From Vezdaea acicularis (Eukaryota): a stretch of 25,213 nucleotides of DNA. Below are positions 1-12,785 of this stretch, in pieces (within the stretch, counting starts at the first letter, position 1; the number at the start of each line of letters is the position of its first letter). The position numbers and the translations under genes are program-made. Location: positions 124,001-149,213 of the forward strand of contig JAPEUI010000033.1 of assembly GCA_026025075.1 (NCBI GenBank). Direction: 5' to 3'. A model generated the notes under the pieces. That model was given only the letters and a program-made list of their open reading frames with translations. It was not told the origin of the DNA and made no database searches.

Positions 1-286
1 TTGACCACAGCTTCGGCTAGGCTCCTGGCATCTCACCTTGCACCGTTCGGACCTTAATCCACGCTGTGCACCCTCTCGCGCTCGGAACGAGGAGAAAAGT
101 TCGTAGCTTAACAACAACGAAAGGCCGTTCTACCATGGCCTTCTCTTGCTATTGCAGTACTTATCATTTATATACCGAACTCCCTTCGCCCAGACTCTGG
201 ATTAAAAAATCTCCTCACATGCCAAAGTTTAAGATAAGTTACCGGAGCCCTCCTATCCCCCTAATAGCTCTACATAGTCCCACAAT

Positions 287-1028
287 ATGAACCACCAGGT
301 GGCCTCTGTTACTGCTGGCCCCTCTACCATCCATGCCGACCAACCAGCTTCCACGCCCTTGGAGCCTTCCCATCGTGTGCTTGCGGTTGCTCTTCAAAAT
401 CTCAACCGATGCTCGTATATCTTCTTAACCGACTTAGATAGCAGAGACCAGAGCGAGCAGGCGCTGCGCAAGGCAAAGGAAGCGTATCGCCGTCTGACAT
501 ATGCACAGTGCAAGAACTCGTGGATTTCTTTGCTCTTAGCGTACCAAACGATCGGGACTGCAGAAGTTGAACATGTAAAGCTCAACTGATCGAGTGTCGT
601 TATGGAACATTGCTCTGACTGACAATATCTTATCATCAAAGATAGCCACGATGGATTCCGAATGGCAACATCGTTTGTTCAGAGCCCACCTGCTCAATGT
701 CAAGCACAATGCTCATCTCGCCGAAGCATGGCAATACCCAGAAATACTCCGCCACGACGTCAACTTCATACCAGACACGTACTGCATCACTGCTAACCCC
801 ACAAACTTGCGAGACACAATTCGCGGCAAGTCTGTCATCGTCATCCGAATTGTAGTGCATAAAGGAAAGGTCGCCCTTTGGCTCACGCTTCCTCTCCATG
901 TGGCACTCGTCCTGGGTATCGCTATAGGTGTTCGCTCACGGCGTGCCGACATTGGCATCGCAATCGGTACCGGTATCTTCTCCTTGGCCACCTTCCTGCT
1001 CTCCTTGGTTGCTTGGTTCTTTGCTTGA
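287..1028 (+). CDS. Hypothetical ~224-aa protein with two C-terminal transmembrane helices (exons 287-574, 642-1028)
   Basis: ORFs 287..589 and 594..1028 are joined in frame by intron 575-641 (GTAAAG donor, CTGAC branch ~615-623, AAG acceptor). The C-terminus VALWLTLPLHVALVLGIAIGV-RSRRAD-IGIAIGTGIFSLATFLLSLVAWFFA forms two hydrophobic segments with a short basic loop. No family recognised. Confidence 0.6.
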
Positions 1029-2885
1029 GTACGCCTTGTGCTCTTTTTTACTAGTCTGTGTCGTAGAATTGCGTTTGAAGATGCTTAGCTAATGCGCTTC
1101 GAGATTTTCGTACGCGCATCCAATGCATGACTGGTGTCATGGAGTCGTACATGTAGGAGTCGGTTGGTTAGGAGAGACCGTGCTTGGGTATTGGCTATGC
1201 AAAGTTTTGTTGGAGGCGAAGGTTATCGTGTTTTAAAAGGCTGATACATGATCTGACAACCAAGACATATTCTGAGAGTATACATCCCGGCCTTAGCATA
1301 ACATTCTCTACCAGAGAGTATTCAAAGCAGTGAAGTTGAATATCCGCTTGACATATGGATAGAGCATCCCCACTATCTGTGCAGCAAGGTCAGGTGACGC
1401 AGCCTTAGCAAAGGCTAGCCGTGACCTAATATCATGGTTGAGTTGGGTTCATGACACCATGGCTACTTATGAGCGATGCCCCTGGTGTTACGCGAAAGAG
1501 CTAACCATGAACGCGACGGGCGAGCTGTCAGTGGTGTACTGGTGGTACCGGATAGGAGGCAACGGTCTCGACTTACAGAGCTTCGAGAACATCTCCCAGT
1601 ACCTGGGCCACCCACGATGGAGCTCAGGAACGGAGCGGCCCCGAACATGATACGTAGCCGGCATGGAAGGCAGGGCCGAAGATCCGACCGAATCAGCTGG
1701 GTATGCGGAGTGTTAATCTCTCTTAAATTCTCTCCGCAACCTCGTCTTCGCGGCCAGTGATAGACAAGCAATTAAGCGAGCGGGATCCATGCCCGTAGTC
1801 GTCCCCTAATGCGACCCTCAACCCCTTACGCGCTACGCGATTAGGGAGCACGGCCCGCATCTTACCCTCAAGTCAGCCAGCCACCCGCTCACCCGTTGCC
1901 ATATTGAGCAGAGTCAATTACGCCTGTCATGGCGTTCACAAAACGCCCTGACATACCGCTAGGTACACTAAACCCCATGTGCTCGGTCAATCCTTCCTTT
2001 CACGTCTTGCTGCATGCCTCTTGTGAATTACCTCCTTTGACGGACATGATACCTTACGATCGAGACCTCGGCTTAATCATCTCAGCTCGCCACAAAGTTC
2101 TTTGTGCGACAGTTCATTTCCACTTTTATCAAGAGCAAATCCAATCGATGATGCTTGCTGTTTCACGGCTTGAGCTTTTGACGGCGAGCGATAGGTCCAA
2201 AAACCTGGCAGCGCAGTGGATTTGATAAACGAGTATCCCGGAGCGCAACTAACCCAAGAGTAACTTCCTCTGTCTGGTATGCTAGATGACAACGAAAGAT
2301 ACGCTTCGAATTCCGCCCCTTCGGGCTGTGCACGCCGCTTGTCTCCTATACTGTGATGGGGTTCTGAAAAAGATGACAATTCCATTGGTTCCTTCTCAAC
2401 TATGGAACGGCCTAGGACTAATCCTGACACCCAAGAGTGGAATCGATCGCTGAGGCCTGCGGAGAGGCCAGATGAGATCGCTCAAGTTTGGGGAATGCTT
2501 GTGGCTTGCTATCTGGGAGAGCGAGTAGCTGAATCAAGTCACGGAGCAAGGATCAGCGCGGACTCCGAGGCTTTGAACCAAAGCTCAGGGTCTTCATCAG
2601 CATTCTACTTTCTCCCTGAGCTCCGCACGAGCCCACCCTAAGCTACTTACGGTCATTTTGGAATATCTTTCCATCCTGGGGAGGTAATCTAGACCGCTTA
2701 TTAAGAATGATCGACTATTGAAAACCCCTCGTCGCCTTGGACTTAGGGGGTGGAAGAGAAGGAGTGGATCGACTCCTATCCCGCATAAAGACCCACAGAC
2801 CGTCCAGAAGACTTTTAAAATTCTCACCAACAGCCAAACTGCTGCTTTCCAGACCATTTGCCGCGAAAAGCTGCTCTTGAACAAC

Positions 2886-5800
2886 ATGTCTTTCAAACTG
2901 TCTCGTTCGGCAGGTTCGAAGAATAAGAGGATATCAGACGGTAAGCTGTTCCCCTATATTTTCCCAGGCCAATTGTACTGATTAGGAGCACGTTGGACGG
3001 CGTAGGTATCATTCCTCAGATTAACGGCTTCTTCAAAGGCAGCTCCACAAACGTTTCGGAAATACAAGCGCCCTCCGAACACAGTGATCAAGATGACTCT
3101 GCTGCGCAGTTGGGTTTAGCTCTCCCAGCGACGCCGGCTTCTATGACATCCCATAGTTCCAATGGCGCAGTTGTTGTCGCTAAACCAGAAATAAGTTTTC
3201 TTAAGGAGACTACTACCGTCGTCTCTGTTCAATGCAAGAAGGAACTAGGCTCTGAAGCGGACGATGTCCTCATGGGCACTCCTACCATCGACAGCCTTCT
3301 TGACTTCATAGCTTCCGAACGTCTAAAAAGCATGCCACACAGAGGCAGTCGATGGGATAAAGTCCTCAAGTGGGCAGAATCTTTCGCGAGGAACGTGTAC
3401 TTGTACTCCCAAGCTATTGAGGCATTTGTCATTCATAGCAGGGAGGCTGCGCGTCTGATATGGGGCAGTTGTCGTCTCTTATTGCAGGTTTGTCCTTAAT
3501 ACAATAAACTCTCCGCGAATAGACCTAGGTTTGGCTTATACTTATTTAGATGGGTCCAAAAAACATAGAGATTCTCGAAAAGGCTTTCGGAGTCTTGCAC
3601 CAGATGGGGGATACCATTAGTTTCTTCTTGCAGAGCAAGCCTTTGTTTACAGCCTCCGAAGAGATATGTCGCATTCTGGCCCGTGCCTACTCGGACATAG
3701 TACAGTTGGCCTCCGATGTGACAATCCTTTACAAGAAGAAAAACACCAGCGAGCACTTCTTCCGTTTGTTTGGGTTGAAGTTCAGCCTCAGCAAAGACCC
3801 TCAAGGCGCATCGAAATTTCTACTTCTTGGCGGGTTTGACTCGCGGTTTGGCCCAGTAATTGACTCATTCTACCGCCACAAAGGCCGCTTCATGGAAGAA
3901 GTATGGGCCGCTGCTTTGAGAGAATCCGCACTTCTCCAGGGTACGTACTCGCGCTCATTATCCGTCTAGTCCAAGATCTAATACATCTCATTCCGCAGCG
4001 TCTGGCGTGAGCATTCGGACTCTTCGCCAGTGGCTTGCACCACACGATCGGACCCTTGAAATCCTCGTGTCTGGTCGTATAGGCACAAACACTGCTAGAC
4101 AAGCCCACACTTGTGAATGGTTCGGCACACATCTGGAAAAGTTCCAGAGAGGCGATGATCATGCACTCGTCGTCACCGGACAACCTGGCTCTGGCAAGAG
4201 CGTCCTTGTGGATTACATAATAGACAGACTTAGACGAAATCCTGGGAGAAAGATAGTTCACGATGTAATCTCCTTTACGATCGGTAAGCATGAATTTTCT
4301 AAGTTTTTCCGCTTTACTTCTAGTGTGAAGGCTGACCTTCTTCGAAGATGCGAATCTCAAGACTCATAGTTCTAGCTTAAGTGTCATTAAGAGCCTGCTG
4401 CTTCAATTGCTGGAGAGAAACGTGGGTGACGCTTCGCTGTACAAGGCTCTCTCCGCCGTATATGAAAGTACTGAGAGGCAATCGACCTTTCAAGGCTTGG
4501 AGAATCGCCTGTGGAAAACTTTGGAATCCGCTCTCAAGAAACGAACCAACCGTTTATTGATCGTCGTGGACGGCTTGGACCAACTTGAAGGCGGAGATAC
4601 CGCAAGCGTTGACTTGTGCAGCCATCTCGTGAAGTTGGCAACGAACATCAAGCCTGTGAAGTGCATTCTACTCTCACGTCCGTTGAGCAAATCTTATCCA
4701 TCAGGTGTCAGACAAATAGTCATTGATTCGACCTATAACGCCGAAGATGTCGCCTGCTTTGTCAAAAATGCCGTTTCTTCATTCACAGAATTCGTGAATT
4801 TAAGAGAATCGGACAAGCAGGCAATTATTCAGAAGGTTTCTAAGATGTCCAACGGCACCTTCATATGGGCGGATCTCACGCTTCAGCTTCTTAAGAGAGA
4901 GAAAACGCTTGCGGCCATCCTTCAGAGCCTCGAAACAACGCCAAAGGCTTTACCGGATCTTCTCCAAAAGCTGTGCTCAAGCCTAGATCTTGAGCAAGCT
5001 GACACCAGGCTAATCATTTCGGCTTTGCTTGTCGCTGAAAGACCGCTGACCTTGCTAGAACTGAAGAATTTTCTTGAACTTGACGTAAGGAACTGCAGCC
5101 ACTCTCCTCGACTTTCAAGCGTTGAAGAAGATATCCACAAAGCTTGTGGCTCTCTCGTTGTAGTCCGAGACGGGATCGTTCGTTTCTCGCACCTCTCTAT
5201 CAAGCAGCACTTGCTTATTCTTGTGTCCTCTGGCAAGCTGCCTTTGACGGTCAAGGGGGCGCACAATGAGTTAACCACCCGGAGTTTAGCTTACATTAAG
5301 ATCTCGCTGAAGGAATCAAAAACCGAACCAACCTTTGAATACAGCTGGGACTCGGACAAGTCGGTATTAAAAAGGCTACTACCAGACTTGCTACAAAAGC
5401 ATCACCTACTCGAGTACTCTATGAGGTATTGGCTCCTTCACTTCCGAAGGTCCTCTATGTACGAGACGAAGAGCAAGTACACCTTCACTTCAGAGTTTAA
5501 AGGCTGCTTCTCCGATTCTACTCTCTGGGCAATGGCGGAAGGAAGTTGGTGGGAGACACAGACTTCTGCAAACGAGGCGGCGGACCTGCATTCACTGGCC
5601 CTCGACCTTCGCAAGTCTATTGTCGGAGCACAGAGTAAGTCTGTCATCCAATGCCATATCAACCTGGGCAGGACAAAGCAAAATATATCGGGCTTCTCGG
5701 AAGCGAGCAAGTGTTTCTTTGACGCTTGGAAAATCAGTCAATCTGTTATAGGCCAGAATAGTGCCATGACCGTGGCTTGTGCCAAAGCTTATACCAAAAT

Positions 5801-8800
5801 CGCCACGAATAAAGTCATGACCACTAAAACTGAAATCACCACTCGTACGGAAGAGATCTATAGATATATCTGGTCATCCTACAAACACGCGCATGGCGAA
5901 GCGCATGAAGAGACAGTCAAATATGCCACCTGCCTTGCCTCGTTCTATACACAGCTTAAGAAGACGGAACAGGCCGCCATCGTTTATCGAGAGGTCTACA
6001 CATCGTGTACCCAGAAATATGGCCTCCTTCACAAGCTTACTATCAGCACATCGCAGAAGTTGACCACCGTTTTACAGCAGCTGTCCAAGCATGAGGAGTG
6101 CCTTCATATCTGCCAATCAACTCTCGAGGTATCCAAAAAGACATTGGAGGTGTGGGAACACGTTCGTATTGCGGCCACGATCCGGATGGTTGAGGCGTTT
6201 GAGAGCCAAAAGCAACTGCAAGAAGCAGAACAGCTCCTGACAAACATCAGAAAGAGCTTGATTGAAGTATGCCACTCACGCCATGAAGATCATATTTACG
6301 AAGCAAAAGTCGAGGTCACGATCCACTACGTCCAATTCCTTAAACGCCACTCGCAGGAGAAGACGGCTAAGAAAATTTTGATAGAGTTGTGGAATGAGTC
6401 TGAACATCTACTAGACGAACAAAGTAGTTGCAGTGAGAGTCTCATAGTCCGCATTAAAGCCATTGGAGAAGAGATGAAGAGACTGGAGGTTACAACTGTT
6501 GCTGAATCCGTCTTTTCTAGAATTTGGGGATTCTTTAAGAAAACAAATCGACACACGAGTAAAGAAGCTATCTCAATTGCTGTCTCGCTTTCGGAGATTT
6601 ACAAGATTCATGAGGAGTCTCACAAAGAGGAGACGATCCTAAAGGAGATCTACGAGGTATCCACGAGCACCAGCACTACCACCACTATCGAGACCACGAC
6701 AGTCACGACGTGCATGAAGCTTGGGGCTTTCTATGAGAGAGAGTCGAGATGGTCAGAAGCAGTCGACGTCTGTTCTAAGGTCCTGCTGAAGCTATGGCCA
6801 TCCATTGACATTCCAGATTCTGAAGATTACTATCTTCCACACTATAACTACGAAGACGTAATCCAGCTCACACATCGACTTGGCCTTTGCCATCATAGAG
6901 CGGGTAGTGTGGAAAAGGCAGAGAACGTCTACCTGCGCCTCTTCCGTGCTTGCAGATCATCGCTCCAGTTGCATGATGAGAAGATTCTCACGACCGCGAA
7001 ATTCCTCGTTAGCTTCTACGAGAGTATAGGGAAGGTCGATCAGTCTCGAACCGTATACACCGAGCTTTTAGAAGAGTACCGAGGATTTTTTGGCAGCTCT
7101 CATCCGCTTACAATCAGAACTACATATCTTCTTGCTCATCATTGCGATCACCACCAGCCTAGAGATGCTGAACGCTTTTATCTCGATATTTTTGCAGCCT
7201 TTAATCAGCATTCTGAGGAATGCGACACCGAATCTATCGAAGCAGCTCTCGCTCTTTGTAAGATATACGAAAAAGACAAGAAGTTTAAGGAAGCGCGAAA
7301 GATTTATCGCCGTCTCTGGTTGACCGTCCACCGCCACGGCACTGAAACTGGCCTTGACTCGGAGGCTATGTCTGACATTTACCACAGGTATCTTCATATA
7401 TTGGAGAAGGATGACGATTTCTCGGTGATATGTGAACTTACCATTCAGTACAAAGATACTTGTGTCAAATACTACGGAGTCAAACACCAAATGACCATCA
7501 AAGCAACCATTCAGCTTGCCAAAATCCTCGAGCGAAAGGAATCTCGTCGTGAGGAAGCGGTGAAGATATATGAAGAATTGTGCCACACGATCTCGGAAAC
7601 TCACGAGCACACCCACATGATCGAATCGACTATGATAGAGATCAGGCTACGGCTAGCACACATATACTCTGCCTACGCCTCGACCACAAAGAAGGCAGAG
7701 ACAATCTACTACGAGTCATGGGATCAATTCAGATGCAAGTACGGCTATGCACACGAGCAAACACTAACCCGCCTGCACGAACTCGTCGTGTTTTTCAAGA
7801 AGCAGAATACAAAAGAATGTAAGCACACTGCTGCTGAGACTCTCCAGAAGACAATCATCGAGGTTATTACAAGGGAAAAGGACAGCCATAAGTTGTTTCA
7901 TTCCGCCGAGGCTATCGCCAGCATGTACCTCGCTCTTGACTTGAAGGAGATAGCTTTTGAGCTACTTGGTGAGATACGCCGGCAACTTATCTCTACAGAG
8001 ATCAGGTCGAGCAAGAAGTTCGGTTTTGCTCTCCGTCAGGGCCATACAGTGGACCGCAGATCTTTCGTCTTCGTCAGGGCCTTCGAAGAAGGATTGAAGG
8101 GCGTATTACGACCGTCTCGGTACAGCGAGATCGTAGGCGAGCTGATGACTGAGACGACCCTCTACGAGTCCTGGATGCGTTCCCTGAAGTACGGCGGTAG
8201 GATTGAGTCTATCTTGGGCGTCGGTGCCCAGCTGAGGTTATTTCTCGAAGGCAAGGATCGCGATGAGGAAAGGGATAAGATCACTGACGAGATGTGGGAG
8301 TTATTCCAGGCTGAGTTTGGAGGCTCAAGCAAGAAATCTGGCACCCTCTGGGACTTGTTCACCGTCTGCTTGAAGAAAATGGGGAATGAAGAACATGAAC
8401 TGACAATCATCGACGCTGGCGCCGCGGCCGTGCTCTCTCACTCTGAGAATGGCGACTTCAAAGGTGCTTACGAGCTGGCCAGCTGGCTGTATAAGCACAT
8501 GCAGGCTCATGGCGGACTCACCATACAGCGGAATCTGGCGGTGGGCCTCAAGTTATCGCTTTGCATGGCGGAGCGCACGTCTCATTCAAAGCGCTGCAAG
8601 GATCAAAACCTCAGCTCTAAGATGATGAGTCTGTCGCGAGAAATCCTCAAGGACGTTCTCAAGGCCAGCGAACAGGAACACATGTCGTTTCACAAGATGT
8701 CTATCAAAGATCTGAACCTCATCGTAGGTCTCTTGGGTGAGCAGCAGAATTTTAAGGATCTTGAGGTAATTAGCCCCAATTATTTACCTTGCTGTGAATC

Positions 8801-9555
8801 ACACTAACATTTTTTCTTCATAGCGGATTCTCCGTGATCTCTGGAACGAGCGCCAGACGCACGACTGGAGCAGTCATACAATCATCTGGATCGGCCGCCG
8901 TCTCTGCGAAGTCCAATTCGCCCATGGCCACAAGGATGAAGCCATTGCCCTGTGCGAGGACATTTGCTACAACCTAAAGCGCGTCCTACGCACCCTTCAC
9001 AAAGACACCATCAGCAGCCTCAACCTCCTCTCCTCATTCTACACCGCCACCGGCAGGTACGAGAAATCGATTGCGGTCCACGAACAGATCCTGCAACAGA
9101 CTCTCGCCGAAGAAAACGACTACGAACTCGCCGACGACGCATCAACCATCATCCTCCACCAGCTGCACCTCTTAAAGCGCGCCTACCAGCGCAACGGCAA
9201 ATGGGACCGCGACGAATCGCACTATCAAGACCTCTGGGACGAGTTTTCCTCTCTCTTCGGCTCTCACCATCCCATGTGGTCCAAGATCGACCCTATCAAG
9301 AAATGGTCCACCAAGCGCGTCCTCGCGGCCAACGAGTCTCTCGGCATGTGGCAGCCGCCCGCGACCTGGGATTTCCCGTCGGAAACCCAGCAGAAGCAGT
9401 TGAAGCGCTACAGCAGCGCGGCCAACTTTTCCAGCCGCCTGGAATATGCTCAGGCGGATGATGGTGTGGCGCTCCCGAATGAGGTACATCATCATTGGCA
9501 TAATGGTATCGGAGGCCGGCAGACTGCTGACTTGAATGCGGAGATTGTTTACTGA
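2886..9555 (+). CDS. NACHT-domain/TPR-repeat STAND protein (fungal NLR-like), ~2120 aa; exons 2886-2940, 3006-3487, 3550-3940, 3999-4283, 4348-8765, 8824-9555
   Basis: Five phase-compatible GT-AG introns (2941-3005, 3488-3549, 3941-3998, 4284-4347, 8766-8823) fuse the track ORFs into one 6363-nt frame. Walker A GQPGSGKS (4178-4201), Walker B LLIVVDGLDQ (4554-4583), ILLSRP, GTFIWADL, ERPLTLLEL and VRFSHLSIKQHL are typical of fungal NACHT plus winged helix. These are followed by ~42-aa helical repeats with G-x-x-H-x-x-T motifs (TPR_10/TPR_12-like). Exon 1 and the start codon are least certain. Confidence 0.88.
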
Positions 9556-10997
9556 AGAGCACCCCCCTTGTGTATAACGGGCGTGGTGGGTTCTGGACGT
9601 GCTTATCCCTCCTTTGACTTTCCCTTTTGTCTGTAAAACATCATGAAAATTCTGTCGAGAACTCGATCACTCCTTAACACGGCTTTTTTCTTTAACTGTC
9701 TATCTGCTCTGACACCTGTCATATCACTTTTCTTATGCCTTTTGTTTTTTGTTTTCCTAGTATTGTCTACTCATCTAATGTTGGACCGGGTTTCTGTATC
9801 TGTAATGAAAATTTTCTCGTTTCCTGCATATTGCTCAACTGCCATTCTCTCTCTCTGTGACCTCTCGAGCGCGATGATCCCTACCTACCTCTCGCTCCGT
9901 CCCTAGATGCATTGGCATAGAATCTGTGTGTATATCTATACCGACTTCCCAACCCCATCCCCGTCCCCAGCCCTACGACACACACCCTTATTTCTGTCTT
10001 CCGTTCCGTGATGCCAGACGCGATACTCTACCTGCGGAATAGCGGCAGGGGCTGGGCGGTGGGGGTGGATGTAGCGTTCAAAGGTAGGTTTGCTCGCGTC
10101 AGGAGCGTGGTAAAGTAGTGTTTAAAGAGAGGATAGCTCGACCTGGGCGGGGTGGGAAAGGAAGGGGTCGCTAGGAAATACAGAGGGGCAAGAAACTTCG
10201 AACCGAGAGGTAGAGATGTGGGGCTACTGCTGCGGAGAAAAGCGTTGAGGAACGAAAGAGTGGGGTTAATCGCTCACTTAAACCAGTAAGGAGGGTCCCA
10301 TGGCGGGCGATATCAGATGAATGACGGGAGGAAGGGTCTCTCTAGATATAATCGAGATTGTCCTGGCTCTATCAAGCGTTCTACCACGCCACCAGCCACC
10401 AGCCACTCCCACCAGCCCCAACCCCTAGCCGCCAAGCTTGACGAGCATGCCCCCCCACACACCAGCCAAATTCCCCTAATCCAGCCCCAAAAGCAGAGCC
10501 AAAGCAAGAAAATCACAAGGTCCGCCCATCCCTAAAATATTCCGTGTTCAGGTAGGGAGGAAGGAGCTCCCGATCGAGCTATACCAAAACGACGCCTGGA
10601 AATGCATGCACAAGAAAAAGTAAGGGTGAGAAAGGTAATGAAGAACATCCCAGGATAAGAGGGGAAGAGTCTTCAAAGGAGGAAAGGGAGGGAGAGAGAG
10701 GGAAAATCGTGAGCCATCTCGAAACACCAGGCGCAAAAAAAAGGAAAGAGAAAAAAGCGCCGCTGAAACGCCGCTTCCATGCTTGAGGACGCCGCGTGTA
10801 TATATATATATGCCGAGGGAAGAAAAGTGTTGGAGAGGGAGGAGGAGGAGTAGTAGGAGGAGACGATGAAGGAGGAAGGGGGAGCCGAATGTCGGATGTC
10901 GGCGTGAAGATTGGTGATAAAGGTAAAGCGTATGAGCAAGAGCCAGCAAGGGACCCATCGTATGCCAAGACACGTGCGCAACACATCAGGCTGCGAG

Positions 10998-12785
10998 TCA
11001 TCGGCGCCATCCGACGTTCCAGATGACATGTGCAATATCCTTAAAGGTATTGACGGTGTCGACCGCTTTCCCAAAGAGGCCTGCAGCGACGACATCGTCT
11101 TCGTCTTCTTCGATCGGCATGAACATCCCCGAAGGCGTTCGTCGAAGGCCCTCGTGCGAGGGACCTTCTTCGTCGGCGCCGAGGCCGCTCAGGCGGTCAC
11201 GGCTGGTGTAGACGTTGTCACGGCGGCCGGAGAATGCGCCAGAAGGCTCCCAGGCAATGTCGGCGTCTTCGTCCTCATCGTCCAAGAGAAAGTTTCGGGA
11301 GGGTTTGGCGGGCCGGAGGGTCTCTTGGGATGGTGAAGGGGAGAGCAGCCTTCCTGAGCCCCAGATCGAATGCGATGTGGACGAGCCCTTTTCCGGCGGC
11401 TCAGGAGTGTCGCCCCGGAGAGTCGTTGATGGTAGCATGGCGATCGTCTTACTTTCGCTGGAAAAACTATTTCGCGGCGTACCCGATCTCGATCGGGGTT
11501 TTATCTTTGAGGTCGTTTTCATCATGATCAACCCGTCATCAGACGAGGAGTCGTCGTCTTGGATAGCGCTGTAGTCCTCCTCTGCATCGTCGTCGTCCCC
11601 TTCCTTGATGTCCACAGCGATACATTGCTCGACTTTGTCGTTCCAGTGGATGTGCTTCCGTTCACCGCTGATACCAGGTGTTTGCAGCCCAGATGAAGAA
11701 CTGGATGGGAATGCATTGGTGCTTTCGTCACTGCCAGCGGTGGATGGGAAAGGGTACGTGACGAAATCAGATGTCGCTCGGGCTAGTTTCGGCCGGCGAT
11801 CATTTTGCTGTGCTTGAACCGCGGCCGCTGCTTGCTGAACTAGCGAGGATGTGGAAAGAGAACGTGATAGCATGATTTCTGAGACGCTCCTCTTCTTCAA
11901 AATTGGCTTCTTGTTGAGAAACGAGTTGCTGGTAGATAGTCGTGGTTCGGCAGGAGATTGAGCAGGTGCGCTGGTCATGGCATCGCCAGTTTGCAAGGGG
12001 CCATACAGCCATGTCACATCATAGTCTTTCATCCTGCAGAAACGTGTCTTAGTACGGGCGAAGGAGGTAGGATAGATTCAAAGATGATAGAGAACGTGAT
12101 TAAAAGATGAAGCAGCATACCAATTCAGAGCCTCCGGTGAGATGGTCCGGAGCTTGTTTTTCGACTTCGTCCATGTTCTCCACGATGCATTCTCGAGCCG
12201 AGCGCTGTTACTGTAGACTTTCCGCTTCGAGACGATATGCCTCCAAGAAGACCAGATATCTTCCTCTTTCCAGTCATGCGACAGATAGTCAACATGTCGT
12301 GATGGATGATTCCGGACAGCGGTATCATCAGATGTCGTTTTCGGTATCAGCTCCGGCGAGTCTGGTCTCGATTGGATATTGGAGGTGGTGTCGGTACTCG
12401 TGGACTTCGAGTAGTCCGTATAAGTATCAACGTTGCTCGTGCTACTGGGGACCTCCAGGTCTTCGGTGTTATCCAAAAAGCCCACGTCGTCGTAAGAAGG
12501 GAAAACGATCTGGTCGTCTTCGTCGGTTTCACACCTGCTGTCGAGAGAAAAGCTACTTGCTGGCGTCGAGGAGAGGGAGGAACGGGTCGATGCTTCACTT
12601 TCGGATGTGCGAGGATGAGTGGTGACAGAGCGGATGTCGTACTTGACGTGAGCTCTGGGTTTGGAAGGCGTTGGGGCGTATGATGTGGGAGAATTGACCA
12701 AGAACGAGGAAGAGTCGCCTCGTGAGTTATGCGTGAAGTATGAAGACCCTTCCGAGTGAGTCGACACGGACAGAACTTCTGTCAT
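10998..12785 (-). CDS. REG1: Protein phosphatase 1 regulatory subunit Reg1/Hex2-like (glucose repression), ~566 aa; exons 12785-12121 and 12033-10998
   Basis: Conserved block RHVDYLSHDWKEEDIWSSWR...RLENASWRTW...ISPEALNW|MKDYDVTWLYGP (DUF1752-type), then KPILKKRSVSE and the PP1-docking motif KHIHW (11657-11643). Intron 12120-12034 (GTATGC...TACTAAG...CAG) restores the Trp codon. Confidence 0.9.

Noticed and set aside
1438..2641. Short ORFs between the orphan gene and the NLR
   Set aside because: No recognisable domain or convincing splice structure; a degraded gene fragment cannot be excluded.
8952..9562. Overlapping ORFs 8952..9461 (+), 9172..9501 (-), 9296..9562 (-)
   Set aside because: These are alternative-frame or antisense shadows of the GC-rich last NLR exon.
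10060..10210. tRNA-like fragments (GTAGCGTTCAAAGGTAG; GGTTCGAAG on the minus strand)
   Set aside because: No cloverleaf or correctly spaced A/B boxes can be built.
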